64,000 bases of DNA, taken from assembly GCF_009914755.1 (NCBI RefSeq), contig NC_060934.1, one strand, 5' to 3'. Within the stretch, counting starts at the first letter, position 1, and every line of letters begins with the position of its first letter. Under the pieces are notes generated by a model, which searched no databases, was not told where the DNA came from, and saw only the letters and a list, made by a program, of their open reading frames with translations. Made by a program: the position numbers and the translations under genes. Source of the stretch: the human T2T-CHM13v2.0 reference genome, Homo sapiens. This document shows, one piece after another, positions 27,520-42,529 of the stretch.

Positions 27520-28205
27520 TTTTATTTTTTTTTAGGTATATTGCCATTTTTATTTTTTAAGTGTTTTATGTTACATTTTCTTTTTTTTATTATACTTTAA
27601 GTTCTAGGGTACATGTGCACAATGTGCAGGTTTGTTACATATGTATACATGTGCCATGTTGGTGTGCTGCACCCGTTAACTCGTCATTTACATTAGGTAT
27701 ATCTCCTAATGCTATCCCTCCCCCCTCCCCCCACCCCATGACAGGCCCCAGTGTGTGATGTTCCCCACCCTCTGTCCAAGTGTTCTCATTGTTCAGTTCC
27801 CACCTATGAGTGAGAACATGCGGTGTTTGGTTTCCTGTACTTGCGATCGTTTGCTGAGAATGATGCTTTCCAGCTTCATCCATGTCCCTACAAAAGATAT
27901 TATGTCATCCTTTCTTATGGCTGCATAGTATTCCATGGTGTATATGTGCCACATTTTCTTAATCCAGTCTATCATTGATGGACATTTGGGTTGGTTCCAA
28001 GTCTTTGCTATTGTGAATAGTGCCGCAATAAACATACATGTGCATGTGTCTTTATAGCAGCATGATTTATAATCCTTTGGGTATATACCCAGTAATGGGA
28101 TGGCTGGGTCAAATGGTATTTCTAGTTCTAGATCCTTGAGGAATTGCCACCCTGTCTTGCCCAATCTTTGCACTAGTTTACAGTCTCACCAACAGTGTAA
28201 AAGTG
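27520..28205 (-). mobile_element. 5'-truncated L1PA (L1PA4/5-like) with probable 3' transduction
   Basis: ORF 27793-28173 matches the ORF2p C-terminus (LEIPFDPAIPLLGIYPKDYKSCCYKDTC); 15-bp TSD 'aaaacagaacattta' at 27505 and 28206. Confidence 0.95.
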
Positions 28206-28700
28206 AAAACAGAACATTTAAACAGGAATTTTCATCAATAATACAGTACAAACTTTGACAGTTTGTTCAAAAGGGATAGGAAAAAGACAAGAGTGAAAAT
28301 GAATAGAAAGAATATAACATCTATGTAGTGCAAAGATATAGATTCAAACTAATAATATTCTTGGCTGCATAAATGCTTCAGAACTGAGGGAAAATATCAA
28401 TATATAGATTCAGGAAGAATCATTATAATGGAACTGCTAAACACCAAAGACAGAGAAAGATCATAAAGGGATCACGGAGTAAAAATATCAACTTCAAGGT
28501 AATACAAAAATTAGATTGATAGCTGACTTCTCCAAAGCAACACTGGATGGCAGAATTCAGCAAATAAAAATTATCCTCAAATTACTTACCACACCAAACC
28601 AAAGCAAACAGAAAACAATTAATCAAGAATTGTATTCTCCATAAAAATATCTTTTTAACAACAAAGTTAAAATAAAAATATTTTTAAGATAAATAGAAAC

Positions 28701-29126
<426 letters not shown>

Positions 29127-31142
29127 TTAATCTGTGAGGTTACAGATAATTAAAACAAGATAGAGATAAGATACAGAACAACCACAAATATTAACTGGGA
29201 GGAATATGGTTGAAGTTATAACATTCCAAGAGCACTTACGTTATATGAGAAGAGATACTGAATACATGAGTCTTTGGTAAATACGAAGGCTAAAATTCCA
29301 AGGGTAGTCACTCAAAGAATATAGCTCTTTCAAACCAGTGTGAAGAAAAGAAAATGAAATAAGGAAAACAAAAAGCAAATAAACAAAAGAAATGATAAAA
29401 TTGTATTTCAAGACGTTAAGGAAGACTTAAGTAAGTGAAGAGATCAATGCTATCTAGGGCTTCGTTTCACACACTATTCTATATCTAATATACACAGTAC
29501 TTGGCCTCTAGAAGATGCTCAATAAGTGTTTGTGGAAGGGAATATGAATAAATGAATTGATGATCTAATACATATAGGACAAAATATTATACAGATATCA
29601 ACTGGAGGCGATTTTGTATATGAAATAGGAGCTATAAGTTCAAAACTTCCTATTATAATTCAATTAAAAATAAACAAGAACTGTAACATAAGCATTTTTA
29701 AAACAATGCAGAATTGAAGCTTTTTTCTTGACAATGGCATGTTAGGTGTTTTCTAATTTTTACCTTTTACATACCATGCTGCAACTTTCTTTCTTGTACA
29801 TTTAACAATGCACACTTCTCTTAGTATATCTTGTAGGGTATGTGCTCGTTCTAATGGGTGAATCCGTGATTGTGAGCATTTCATATTCCATAGACAAAAT
29901 ACTCTGTTATTGTACTAACACCCTAGCAATTGTGCAAAATATTTCCTATTTTCTTAGTTTCTTGCCAGAATGGATGTTACCAAACATCTTAACTTTACCC
30001 CTCTATTTAAAAAAAAATTGCTATTCCATTGTAAATGTATTTGGTGTTTTAATATTGTAAGGTTGAAAATTGTTGCACAGGGATAACCTAAATGAAATGG
30101 CTATTCCTAGAAACACACAACCAACCAAGACTGAATCATAAACAAACAGAAAATCTGAGCAGATGTATAATTAGCTAGGAGATTGAATCAGCAATCAAAA
30201 ACCTCCCAACAAAGAAAAGCTCAGGACCAGATGGCTTCATTGGTGAAGTCTATGGAAAATATAAAGAATTAACAACAATCCTCTTCAATCTCTTCCAAAA
30301 AAATGAAAAAGGAGGAAACATTTCCAATTGTATTCTATGAAACCAGCATTACCCTGATACCAAAGCTAGAGAAAGGCACTGCAAGAAAAGAAAACTACAG
30401 ACCAATATTCTTTATAAATATTGACACAGAAATCCTCAACAAAATACTACCAAACCAAAATCAACAGCATATTGAAAGTGTTATACACCATGACCAAGTG
30501 GGATTTATTCTTGAAATACAAGTTCAATATATGAAAAGCAATCAGTATAATACAGCACTTTAAAAAAAGAAAGGATAAAAATCACATGATTATTTCAATA
30601 GATACAGAAAAGCATTTGATGAAATTCAACACTCTTCTATGACAAAAACACTAAACAAATTAGCTATAGAGGGCCAGCTATGAAAAGCCCACATCTAACA
30701 TCATATACAACAGCCAAAGACAAGGCTTTTCCTTTAAGATTAGGTGTAAAACAAGGATGTCTACCTGCCACTTCTATTTAATATGATACTGGAAGTCCTA
30801 GCCAGAGCAATTAGACAAGAAAAGGACATAAAAGTAATAAAAATTGAAAATAAAGAAGTAAAATTATCTCCGTTCAAAGCTGACATGATCTCACATGTAG
30901 GAAACCATAAAAATTCCACCAAAAAAGAAACTGTTTGAAAGAATAAATAACGTCAGTAGAGTATACAAACTCTACTTGCAAAAATTGGTTACATTTCTGT
31001 ACATTAACAGTGAAAAAATTTGAAAAGGAAATTAAGAAAATAATTCAATTTACAATAGCGTTAGAAATAATGAAATACTAGGAATAAACTTAACCAAGGA
31101 GAAGAAAAGTCTTGTACACTGAAAACTACTAAACATTGCTGA

Positions 31143-31228
31143 GGCCAAGCATGGTGGTCTATACCTGTAATCCCAGTACTTTGGGAGGCCACAGCAAGAG
31201 AATCGCTTGAGTTCGGGAGTTTGAGACC
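31143..31228 (+). mobile_element. 3'-truncated tailless Alu/FLAM insertion
   Basis: 86 bp of Alu 5' end with no A-tail; TSD 'aaacatt(g/a)ctga'. Confidence 0.85.
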
Positions 31229-31867
31229 AAACATTACTGAAAGAAATTAAAGAAGACACAAATAAATGGGAAGATATTATGTGCTTATGGGCTGTAGGCT
31301 TAATATTAAGCTGTCAATACTACCCAGAGTAATCTACCAATTTAATGTAATCACCATCACAATACTAATCGCATTTTTTGCAGAAATGAAAAAATCCATT
31401 TTAAAGTTTATATGGAATCTCAGAAGATCCTAAATAGCCAAAATATCCTTGAAAAAAATGTTGTGTGAGATCTCAATCTCCTGGTTTCAAAACTTATTAC
31501 AATGCTACAGCAATCAAAGCAGTGTCATACTAGTGTAAAGGAAGACATTTAGACCAAAAGAATAGAATAAAGAGCTCAGAAGCCAACCTTCACATATATG
31601 ATCAAATAATTTTTGACCAGGGTACCAATACTATTAAATGGGGGGAAAGGGGAGTGTTTTAAACAAATAGTGCTGGGAAAACCAGATATTCACATGCAAG
31701 AGAATGAAATTGGACCCTTACCTTACACCATATACAAAAATTTACTCAAAATAAGTCAAAAGCATATACAAGAGCTAAAACTATAAACTCTTAGAAGAAA
31801 ACACAGGATAAAAGTTTATGAAGTTGGGTTTGCAATGACTTTTTTTTAAAGTTGGGTTTGCAATGAC

Positions 31868-31942
31868 TTTTTTTTTTTCTAAGTGAAAGCAAGTTTATTA
31901 AGTAAAGGAATAAAGAATGGCCACTCTATAGACAGAGCAGCC
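31868..31942 (-). mobile_element. Polyadenylated MER41-like LTR fragment
   Basis: Minus strand reads 'ggctgctctgtctatagagtggccattctttattcctttacttAATAAActtgctttcacttag' plus A-run, matching the recalled MER41 polyA-signal region. Confidence 0.75.
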
Positions 31943-33824
31943 TGAAAAGACTTTTTGGATATGATGCAAAAGCACAGACAACAAAGTAAAAATAGATAAA
32001 TTGAACTATATCACAGGTATGTTTCAGTCTATTTTTTGACTCATGATTCTATTCTATGGAACTTTTTATATATTTTTACTACACTAGAGCTTTATAAAGA
32101 GTTTCTAGCTGTTATATCAAGATAGTCTTTGTTATACTTGGCTGTCCTTATGTAAATACAATTTCAGATGACTGATAATATGCAAAAGAAGAAAAAACTT
32201 AAGGAATGTATTACATTTATTGTTAAATTAGTGTAAATATCTTTACAATAATGAGTCTTCCCATTTAAGGACATAGTCAAGTGGTCTTTAAAATATTATT
32301 CCTAAAATCATATTTTTCTTCACATAATTCTACTCATTTCTTGTTAGGTTTGTTTCTAAGCATTTTATAGGTTATTGCCATTGGAATTTTTTTTTCCAAA
32401 TAAATTTGCCTATTAGTTATTTCTTTCATCTAGATTCTACTGATTTTTAAAATTTTTTTACTTAAATTTTTTATGTAGATTTATTAAATTTCAGAGAAAA
32501 CATTAAAAACTGGATGAAAGAAAATAAATATATAGTAAAAAATTTTTAGATTTGAAGAAAGACACACATTTTCAGGTTGAAAAGTCTCACCAAATGCTGA
32601 GTAGAGTTTTGTTTTTTTTTTTAATACCTATACCCAGAATCATCCTGGATAAGAGATTGCTAAAAGTTCCAGGATAAAATAAAGAAATCTCAGCCAGAAA
32701 CAAGCATCATCTGACTTCATGATTCTCATTACCAAGAATGGGGCTGGAGGATGATGGAGAATGGCTTCAGTCTTCTAAGTGAAAGTGACTATGAGTCACT
32801 TGTAACCAAGTGAGAGGGCCAAATACAGACATTTTCTGACAGGTCAACTTTGAAAAAGTTCACCTCCACTGTACCCAGGGATACAATGAAAATAAATTAT
32901 AAGACTTTGGGCTAAAGATGCCTATTGTATACCTCTTCTTCCTGCCAGGATCAATTAAAAAGTTAGTGCAGATATTTTAAATGTACAAACTCACAATGAT
33001 GATGAGAATAGGTAAGAGATTATCAATAGGCCATAGATTTAAAATATTACTGGCAGAAGAAAATTGATGAAGAAAGTAAAACTGATGTAGCAGGGCAGAA
33101 GAAATTACAGGACAAGGGATGCCTTCCAGGGGACATGGGAAACAATAAAGCCAAACAATGAAGACAAGGCACCTGCCCCTCCCTGAAGAGGTTACGGAAG
33201 TAGACTGGGAGTCTGATCCCAGGAGACTAATGGAGAAGAGTCAAACATGGGGCTGGAAACAGGGGAACAGCAAATGTGTGGGTAGAAGACTTTATTCCCC
33301 AACTGTCCGTGTGAGGAGGACACAGGCGACTAAGTGTCTGCCTCCATGCAGGAGGTCAGAGGTCACCTGGGTCCCTAACTCAGGTAAGCAGCCATTAGAA
33401 ATGATACACGTCAGTCCACAGAAGGCTTCACCATCACCAACATGCAGAATTCTCATTCAGCTTTTCAATGCCTTGTTCTTTAATATCACCAGATACTTGT
33501 TGAGACTTTTCAACATAAAGGAAAAAGACCAATTTTAAAGAAACTGCAGAATGAGAGAAAAAATGGTCAGTGAGGAAAGAGATAGAAGCATTTGAACTTT
33601 TTAAATCTCTATTTGATAACCCTCAGAAGTTTTTGAGAAGATCACATTATATGTTTTCAAATAAAAAGGATACAAAGTTAAGAAAATATCCTAAAAAGAC
33701 AAAGAATGGATAATGTAAGAGGGGAAGAAGAGGCAAAGACACTCAATCCAGAAAGTTCAACATCTCTCTAATAGGTATTTCAAAAAGAGAGAAAAGAACA
33801 AAAATTTAAAAAAATAATCAAAGA

Positions 33825-34349
<525 letters not shown>

Positions 34350-34758
34350 AAAATAATCGAAGAAATAATTGAAGAAAATTTCCCCAAATGAAGGACATAA
34401 ACTTTCAGACTGAAAGAATAGAGGGAGTATTCATTATAGGTAATGAAAGGATGTCCAGCCCTAGATGTGTCATTACAAAATTTCCTTCATGAAAGGAAAT
34501 AATGCCTCAAATGAATAAATTAAGAAAGTATTTAGGATATTGAGGGTAACTATCAAAAGGGATAGCTAAAATAATAAAAGAATTGCTTCTGGGGAGTATA
34601 ATAATGAGGTTGGGGAAAGATGGTACAGGACACTGTTTTTTAAAATTATCATTATAAATGTTTATGCTATTTTTCTTAAGCCTCATATCAAATATTACTT
34701 TAACAAAATTATTTCAGTGATTTTTAAAACTAAAAAGCACACTTATACAATGATGGCT

Positions 34759-35080
<322 letters not shown>

Positions 35081-35555
35081 CTAGAGAGCAACTAATTCCA
35101 TGGAAACAGAAAGTTTGAGGGCTACGGAAGGAGTGTTTCCAAGGAGGAAGTAGACTTACTGAAGTAAATATGATTAAGTGAATGGATCATGTTGATATGG
35201 TATAGGCATATAAGAAGAAGATTTGAAAAATGGAAAATAAAATAGGATGCAAGAAAAACAATAGCTACACAAGAAAGACATGATCCAAACCAGAGGAAAG
35301 GAAAACATGAGCTGAACAACTGAGGTAGGGTCAGAAATTAAAATTGGTATGAACATGACACAGGGAACATTCTCCCTTAACACACTTCTTTTCTTTAAGG
35401 GTGAAATCACATTACTTGTTTCAGCAGTAGAATAATATAACAATGGGAACATGGTATGGGGAGAGTAGTTTTAGCTCACTGACTAAAGCATGCCTTCAAG
35501 TGAAAATGTAGAGGACAGGGCAAGTTCAGACGGCATTTCACAGCACTTTAGGGAC

Positions 35556-35923
35556 TGTATTAGTCTGTTCTCATGCTTCTAATAAAGGTATACCTGAGAC
35601 TGCATAATTTATAAAGGAAAGAGGTTTAATGGACTCACAGTTAGTTCTACATGGCTGGGGAGGCCTCACAATCATGGCGGAAGGTGAAGGAGGAGCCAAG
35701 GCATGTCTTACATGGCAGCAGGCAAGAGAGCGTGTGTAGAGGAACTCCCCTTTATAAAACCATCAGATCTCATGAGACGTATTCACTATCATGAGAACAG
35801 CATGGGAAAGACCCGACCCCATGATTCAATTACCTCCCACTAGGTCCATCCCACAACACATGGGAATTGTGGGAGCTGTAATTCAAGACAAGATTTGGGT
35901 GGGGACACAGCCAAACCATATGA
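35556..35923 (-). mobile_element. THE1 (MaLR) solo LTR
   Basis: Canonical termini; perfect 5-bp TSD 'gggac'. Confidence 0.95.
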
Positions 35924-37236
35924 GGGACTGAAAGAGTAACTTCAAGGAATAACCTGTCCTTGGCCCCAGATTAAGCATTGTGATGAATATGTAACATTTC
36001 TATAATCCCCTCCTCATCCAATAGAAGCTTACATTCTTCTTGTGAACAACTATCAATGATGGATAATAGCAGATCATCACAATGTTCAGTAATTGATTCA
36101 GTATAATTACTATCATTGTTGTTTGTTCAAACCAAGAGGCTGCATAGATGGTAAATTGTAATTCTTACATTTTCAGTGAAACGGGAGATAGAAAGAGGTA
36201 CACATGAATGGTGAGATGGGGACAGAGTCACTGTGGGAGACTTTGAGAACCAGGCAGAGAAGTTTAGATTTTTTGTGCTGGTGTGGGATTGAGCAAAAGA
36301 GTTAGAGTTTGAAAGTAAAGTTTAACAGAAAGTCACAACCTGGTGCAGTAAGGTTATCTAAAAGGCCAATTCAGTAATCCATGAACTGTACAAGAGTTAC
36401 TAATGCATATGAGTTTTCCCAGCCTTCACAAGCCCTTTTCTGAGAAGGATGCCAAGTCAGAACAATCAGGCTTTGTGTCTTGTGTCATGCAGACCAAGGA
36501 TATTGAAAGAAAGCTACTATGAGGATATTTGATACACAGAGACAAATCACTTTTAACAGCCCCTGCTGTGGATGAAATAATTATTTTCAGTAATAATCAT
36601 GCAGTTATCTAGTATTAATCATTATTTTCTTGATGTATTCCTTAGGTTTGAAACAACAATTTAAAAAGAAGAAGTTTTCAGGCTATTCGAATTCAGTAAA
36701 TTATACATTTCAATTTTACATTCTTTGTTTCGCTGTTTTAAACTTCAAACTCAAAGCAAAACTCTGATTGGTCACATAAAATGTCAAAATTGAAGAAATT
36801 TAAGTTCAGTTTCTTTGTCTTTACAGTCACTGTGATACCACTGCTTATTTTAAAACTACTGTCTAAGTGCAAGAATATGCAATACCACAAGAGTTGAACA
36901 GAGATTGTGCTTGTACCTGCTGGAATGGCTCTAAACACTCATAAACGTATTGTCAAAACAATATGGGAATTTTAGTTCACATGTGTCAGGGACAACTATG
37001 TTAACTGGGAGCTCTCAGAATTAATTTACAGGTAGAATCTAATGTTGACTAGAGGATAAGTAATAAAAATGAAATAATATAAAGCTTATACATATATTCA
37101 TGTAAAATGTATATATGTGTACATTTTATATATATATATATATATTTATGCTGTTAAAACTCAACAGCAACTACAGAAATTAGATCAATAACATATTTGG
37201 AAGGGAGAAGGAAAGAGCAGTTTATCACTTATTGCT

Positions 37237-37373
37237 CTTTTTTTTTTTTTTTTTTTAAGAGACCAGCTCTTACTATGTTGCCCAGAATGGATTTGAACTC
37301 CTGGGTGCAATCCTCTTGCTGCCTCAGCTTCCAGAGCAGCTGAGCCTACAGGCACATGCCACTGTGCCTTGAC
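37237..37373 (-). mobile_element. FLAM-type Alu monomer
   Basis: Poly-T followed by 'tatgttgcccag...gaactcctggg...cctacaggcacatgccactgtgcc'. Confidence 0.85.
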
Positions 37374-37449
37374 TTTTACAGATATTTTCAGTAGTTGCCA
37401 GCATATGGTAAAGATTAGAGTCAAACAGACTTTTTATCAATTCCATTGA

Positions 37450-37745
<296 letters not shown>

Positions 37746-38069
37746 TCCATTGTTGTTTTTGAAATTCTCTGTAGTGGATGCATCCTTTATCACCTGTGCC
37801 TGATAGACTCGTTTCGCCATCTTCCTTTTGGTAGAAAGTTTGAAAAATCTGAAAGAATCAGAGATGGGCTAGCGAATTTTGCCTTGGAAAAGGCAAGAAA
37901 AGGATCCACCAAGTTGAAAAAATTGCCAGAGACAGTGGGAGCAGTGTAGGCTGGCTTCTGGAGGAGGATTTGGGTGGGCAGTAGAGAGTGGAGATGAGAA
38001 ATAAATTAGAGAAAACAACTGCTATCTCCTTTGCTAGTGACAAAGACTAATAATGGTTTTTTAACAATA

Positions 38070-38290
38070 AGAAAACTAATAATAATAATAGCTTTTCATA
38101 TACCAGGCCGCGTTATAAATGCTTTACATGTGTTAAGTCATTTTGTTGTCACTATAATCCTACGATGTTTAAAGTACCATTATTACTCCCATTTTACAGA
38201 TGAAGTAACTGAGGCACTACTAGGAATTGTCAGAGTCCGTTTTTAACTCAGGCAATCTGGCTTCAGACCTTGGTTCTTAACTACTTAGAC
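38070..38290 (-). mobile_element. MIR
   Basis: MIR core 'cccattttacagatgaagtaactgaggcac'. Confidence 0.8.
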
Positions 38291-39002
38291 TGCAAAGTTC
38301 TTAAGAGACTGAGTAAAGTCTTGAGTAGTAATCAATTTTATTTTTTATTTCTCTGAACTGACATAGCACAGAGATTCAGGTACACAAGGAGTATTTAGGC
38401 TACACGAGGACAAGGCCATGAGGTTATGCAATTATAAGCAAATGGATGCAATCCAGAGATATCTTGCAAAACAATTATATAGGATTTCATGGTGACTAAA
38501 ATCAAAAGATAAGAAGAATGAGTCAACGATGACTCAAAAAATTAAGCTTTTGTAATGCAGAAAATGAAGGTGCCATTGACAGGGAGTGGGAAATAAACAA
38601 ATGAGTAAATTAGTGGGCAGGAGGCGAGGATAAATTCAGCTTTGAAAATCTAAAGACAAAGTTTGGTAAACATTTTAAAATACTGCAACAGTATTGAGAA
38701 AATTAAAAAATGGAAAATAAGATTTTAGAAATAGAAGCATGCATGACACAGTTGAAATTTTACCTTTTGTTTTATCTTGATGAATTGATTGAATGCTATA
38801 TATCAGTTTTATTCCACTGAGGATTTGAGGCAACTTACACTAAAAGGAGTAAGAAATTATCGTTGATATTTTAATCTTACATATAACTAAATTCACTTAT
38901 GTTGAAATTCATTTTTCTCTTTTCCAAATAAAAAGGTTTCCATTTTTGGTTGGGCCCTTATTCTAGGTTGAACTCTTTGTTGACCAAATGATATATGTTT
39001 TT

Positions 39003-39318
39003 AGGTCAGTTGCAGTGGCTCACACCTGAAATCCCAGCACTTTGGAAGGCCAAGGCAGGCCGATCACTTGAGCCCAGGAGTTCAAGACCAGCCTAGCAGA
39101 TGGCTTAAGCCCAGAAATTCAAGGCCAACCCGGGCAACACGGTGAAACCCTGTCTCTACAAAACAAAATAAAAAATTAGCTGGGTGTGCTAACACACACC
39201 TGCAGTCTCAGCTACCTGGGAGGCTAAGGTGGGAGGATTACCTGAGCCCAGGAGATCAAGGTTGCAGAGAGCTGAGATCATGTGCACTCCAGTCTGGGTG
39301 ACAAGTGAGACCCTAAAA
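39003..39318 (+). mobile_element. AluJ with an internal duplication of the B-box region
   Basis: 'cttgagcccaggagttcaagaccagcc' is followed by 'cttaagcccagaaattcaaggccaacc'. Confidence 0.9.
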
Positions 39319-39573
39319 TATATATATTTTAACAAAGTGTTTTGTAATCCTCTGAGTTGAAGTCATTACACTACCAGTTTTGATTTACTTTACATGTATT
39401 GTGTTGTGTTGTTTTACTTTGTTTTGTACCATATAAAATGCTGGAAGCATAAATGGTAAAAATCATGGTAGCAGCATTTGATATTTGTGACTAAAATGAT
39501 TTGGGTATATATATTTTCCCCCAGTGTATTTTGTACTTTTGATCTTCCTTTGCTCCCCTATTCTATTATCTAA

Positions 39574-39745
39574 TGTGATGGTTAATATTAGGTGTCAGTT
39601 GATTGGATTGAAGGATTTAGAGCCCTCCCTGATAATGCAGGGTGATTTCCTATCAAGATCCTTAATTTAGTTGCATCTGCAGAGACCCTTTTTCCATATG
39701 TGGTCGCGTTCACAGGCTCTGGAGTTAGGACATGGACATACCTCT
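39574..39745. mobile_element. MLT2 LTR 5' stub fused to an MLT1 LTR fragment
   Basis: 'tgtgatggttaatattaggtgtcagttgattggattgaaggat' (MLT2-like) followed by 'ggatttagagccc...aagatccttaatttagttgcatctgcagagaccc' (MLT1-like). Confidence 0.7.
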
Positions 39746-40990
39746 CCACTGGAAATCCCTGACATTCTGAACAATAAAGTGACTTGTCCTGTCATCAGTA
39801 TATCACTATGAAATTCAGTGCTGATCTTTATAAGCAAATGGTACATACAGTAACAAATTGTGTTTATGGATGACTAAATGCTGAGGCAAAATACAGGTGT
39901 CTGATAACATCAAAGATAGAATATTTCTAGGTGGTTCTAACATCAGAGTATAGAATACAGGTGAATAGGACCATAAAGTCACTCTTCTTTATATGCTAGA
40001 AAATCTTTCATGTATGTGATTATAATTCCCAGTGCACTTTGGTTCTGGCAGATCTATGGATGGGATTATATGCTGAGGATTTATGAGAACAAACATCAGC
40101 TAAAGATAGATAACCATTCACAAGAGTGATCATTTGGGGAAAACTGGGTTCTCTGTTTGTTCACCTATATATTCAGAATTCCCGTGATAAATTGTCATTG
40201 ATCATAAGTGAACAACACGAATGTGGATCACATGTATTTGATTTTGTGAGCACGTGGTTAGTTGAGAGAGAAGGGAGGCAGAAAAATTAAGTTGACATTC
40301 AAGTCCTTGCCAAACGACATAAGCGCGGGAACTCATTCCTATTAAACTGTCACAGGATAATATATTTGACATAAGTGTCCTTATTGACATTACCCCTCCC
40401 TTTTTCAGAAAGGCAATAAAATTCTCAGGTTTTGATCTTGCACAGCACTGTATCAAAGTGGAGTTTAAGATAATAAACTTGTAGCATCCTCTTCCCAACC
40501 TCAGGCCTCAATGGAAATTTGGCGCTCCAAAAAGTCCATTAAATATTTAAGAAAATGTTTAAAGAAAAGCCTAATTCCTTTTATAATAAAAAGTGGAACA
40601 AACTCCAAAAGGCTGTTCTGAGAGACACTAATGAACTAAGGAGGCCCTATCTCTAAGGTGGCTCCCCTTAACTCCCTTGGGTGCCCAGAACCCGTGTCAA
40701 CAGAGGCCCTTGGGTGGCCCCTGAAGTGTTTCCTGCCTGGGGTGCCAGGATATTCTCTATTTTATCCTGCTCAGCTCCAGGTACCAAGAGCCTTCAACCT
40801 AGGGGTTCAGCCCTTCCCAGTCTTTAAGCGAATGAAAGCAAGTTTAATAGGGCATTCGAGGTTCCAATCTCCCTAATTTTTAAGATCTGGACTTGCTCTT
40901 GATGCCTTATTAAGCCCAGCACCTTGTGGAATGCCAGCAACAGCCCACATCAGACCTACATGTCATTCTCCCTTTAAAACTGTAATTTGG

Positions 40991-41300
40991 GGCCGGGCGC
41001 GGTGGCTCACACCTGTAATCCCAGCACTTTGGGAGGCCGAGGAGGGCAGATCATGAGGTCAGGAAATCGAGAGCATCCTGGCTAACACGGTGAAACCCTG
41101 TCTCTACTAAAAATACAAAAAAATTAGCCGGCCGTGGTGGCGAGCGCCTGTAGTCCCAGCTACTCAGGAGGCTGAGGCAGGAGACTGGCATGAACTCGGG
41201 AGACGGAGCTTGCAGTGAGCCGAGATCACGCCACTGCACTCCAGCCTGGGCGACAGAGTGAGACTCCGTCTCAAAAACAAAAACAAAAAACAAACAAACA
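40991..41300 (+). mobile_element. AluY
   Basis: 'catcctggctaacacggtgaaaccc', 'ggagcttgcagtgagccgagatc'; TSD 'ctgtaatttgg'. Confidence 0.95.
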
Positions 41301-41545
41301 AAACCTGTAATTTGGATTTCTGTCTACCTATTTTGGGGCCAGCCCTACAGCACAGCTCTGCCCAGAGACCAGCTCAGAGACGACTCTTCTCCTCCCTCCC
41401 ATTCTTGAGGTCCTAGCCTATGGCAGATGTTCTGCAGGTTTTTCCAACTGGGGATTAGGGTCAGGAGAGGGAAGGAGGCCAAGAGACATGAGAAGAGTAT
41501 TTCCCTAGTCTGAAAGGAGCTGATTTTAATACTGAAAATTAACTA

Positions 41546-41850
<305 letters not shown>

Positions 41851-42015
41851 ATTAACAGAATTTTATGTTGTAAATTTGTATGATAATTGTATCCAAATAT
41901 TATACATATAGTCTCTATGTATGAAATAATTATAAGAATCATGCATGTATTCCTCCCTTTTTATGTGAAAGTTCAAATACAGAGAAAAATTGAAAGAATT
42001 TTACAGTAAGCACAC

Positions 42016-42375
42016 TGATATGGTTTGGCTGTGTCCTCACCCAAATCTCACCTTGAATTGTAATGATCCCCATGTGTCAAGGATGAGGCCAGGTGGAGAT
42101 AATTGAATCATGGGGACAGTTTCCCCCATACCATTCTTATGATAGTCTGATGGTCTGATAGTCTCACAAGATGGCTTTATAAATGGGAGTTTCCCTGCAC
42201 AAGCTCTCTCTTGCCTGCCAACATGTAAGATGTGGTTTTGCTCCTCCTTGCTTTCCACCATGATTGTGAGGCCTCCCTAGCCACGTGGAACTGTGAGTCC
42301 GTTAAACCTCTTTCCTTTACAAATTACCCAATTTTGGGTATGTCTTTATTAGCAGCATGAGAACAGACTAATACA
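42016..42375 (+). mobile_element. THE1 (MaLR) solo LTR
   Basis: 'tgatatggtttggctgtgtcc...cagactaataca'; TSD 'cacac'. Confidence 0.95.
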
Positions 42376-42529
42376 CACACATATATCCAACCAACCTAGA
42401 TTCGATAATTGTTAACATTTTGCCAGATTGCTTTATTATGTTTTCATCGATCCACTTTTCTATCCATTTCATTTTCTGAAGTACACATCAGTACATTTCA
42501 CCCCTAAGCATTTCAGCCATATACATGTA

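Larger units (their letters stand above)
30085..32015 (+). mobile_element. L1M (L1MA/MB-type) ORF2 fossil, reverse-transcriptase region
   Basis: ORF 30303-30563 resembles L1 RT (FYETSITLIPK..KENYRPI..NIDTEILNKIL..IHHDQVGFI); many stops and frameshifts; carries two small insertions. Confidence 0.92.
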
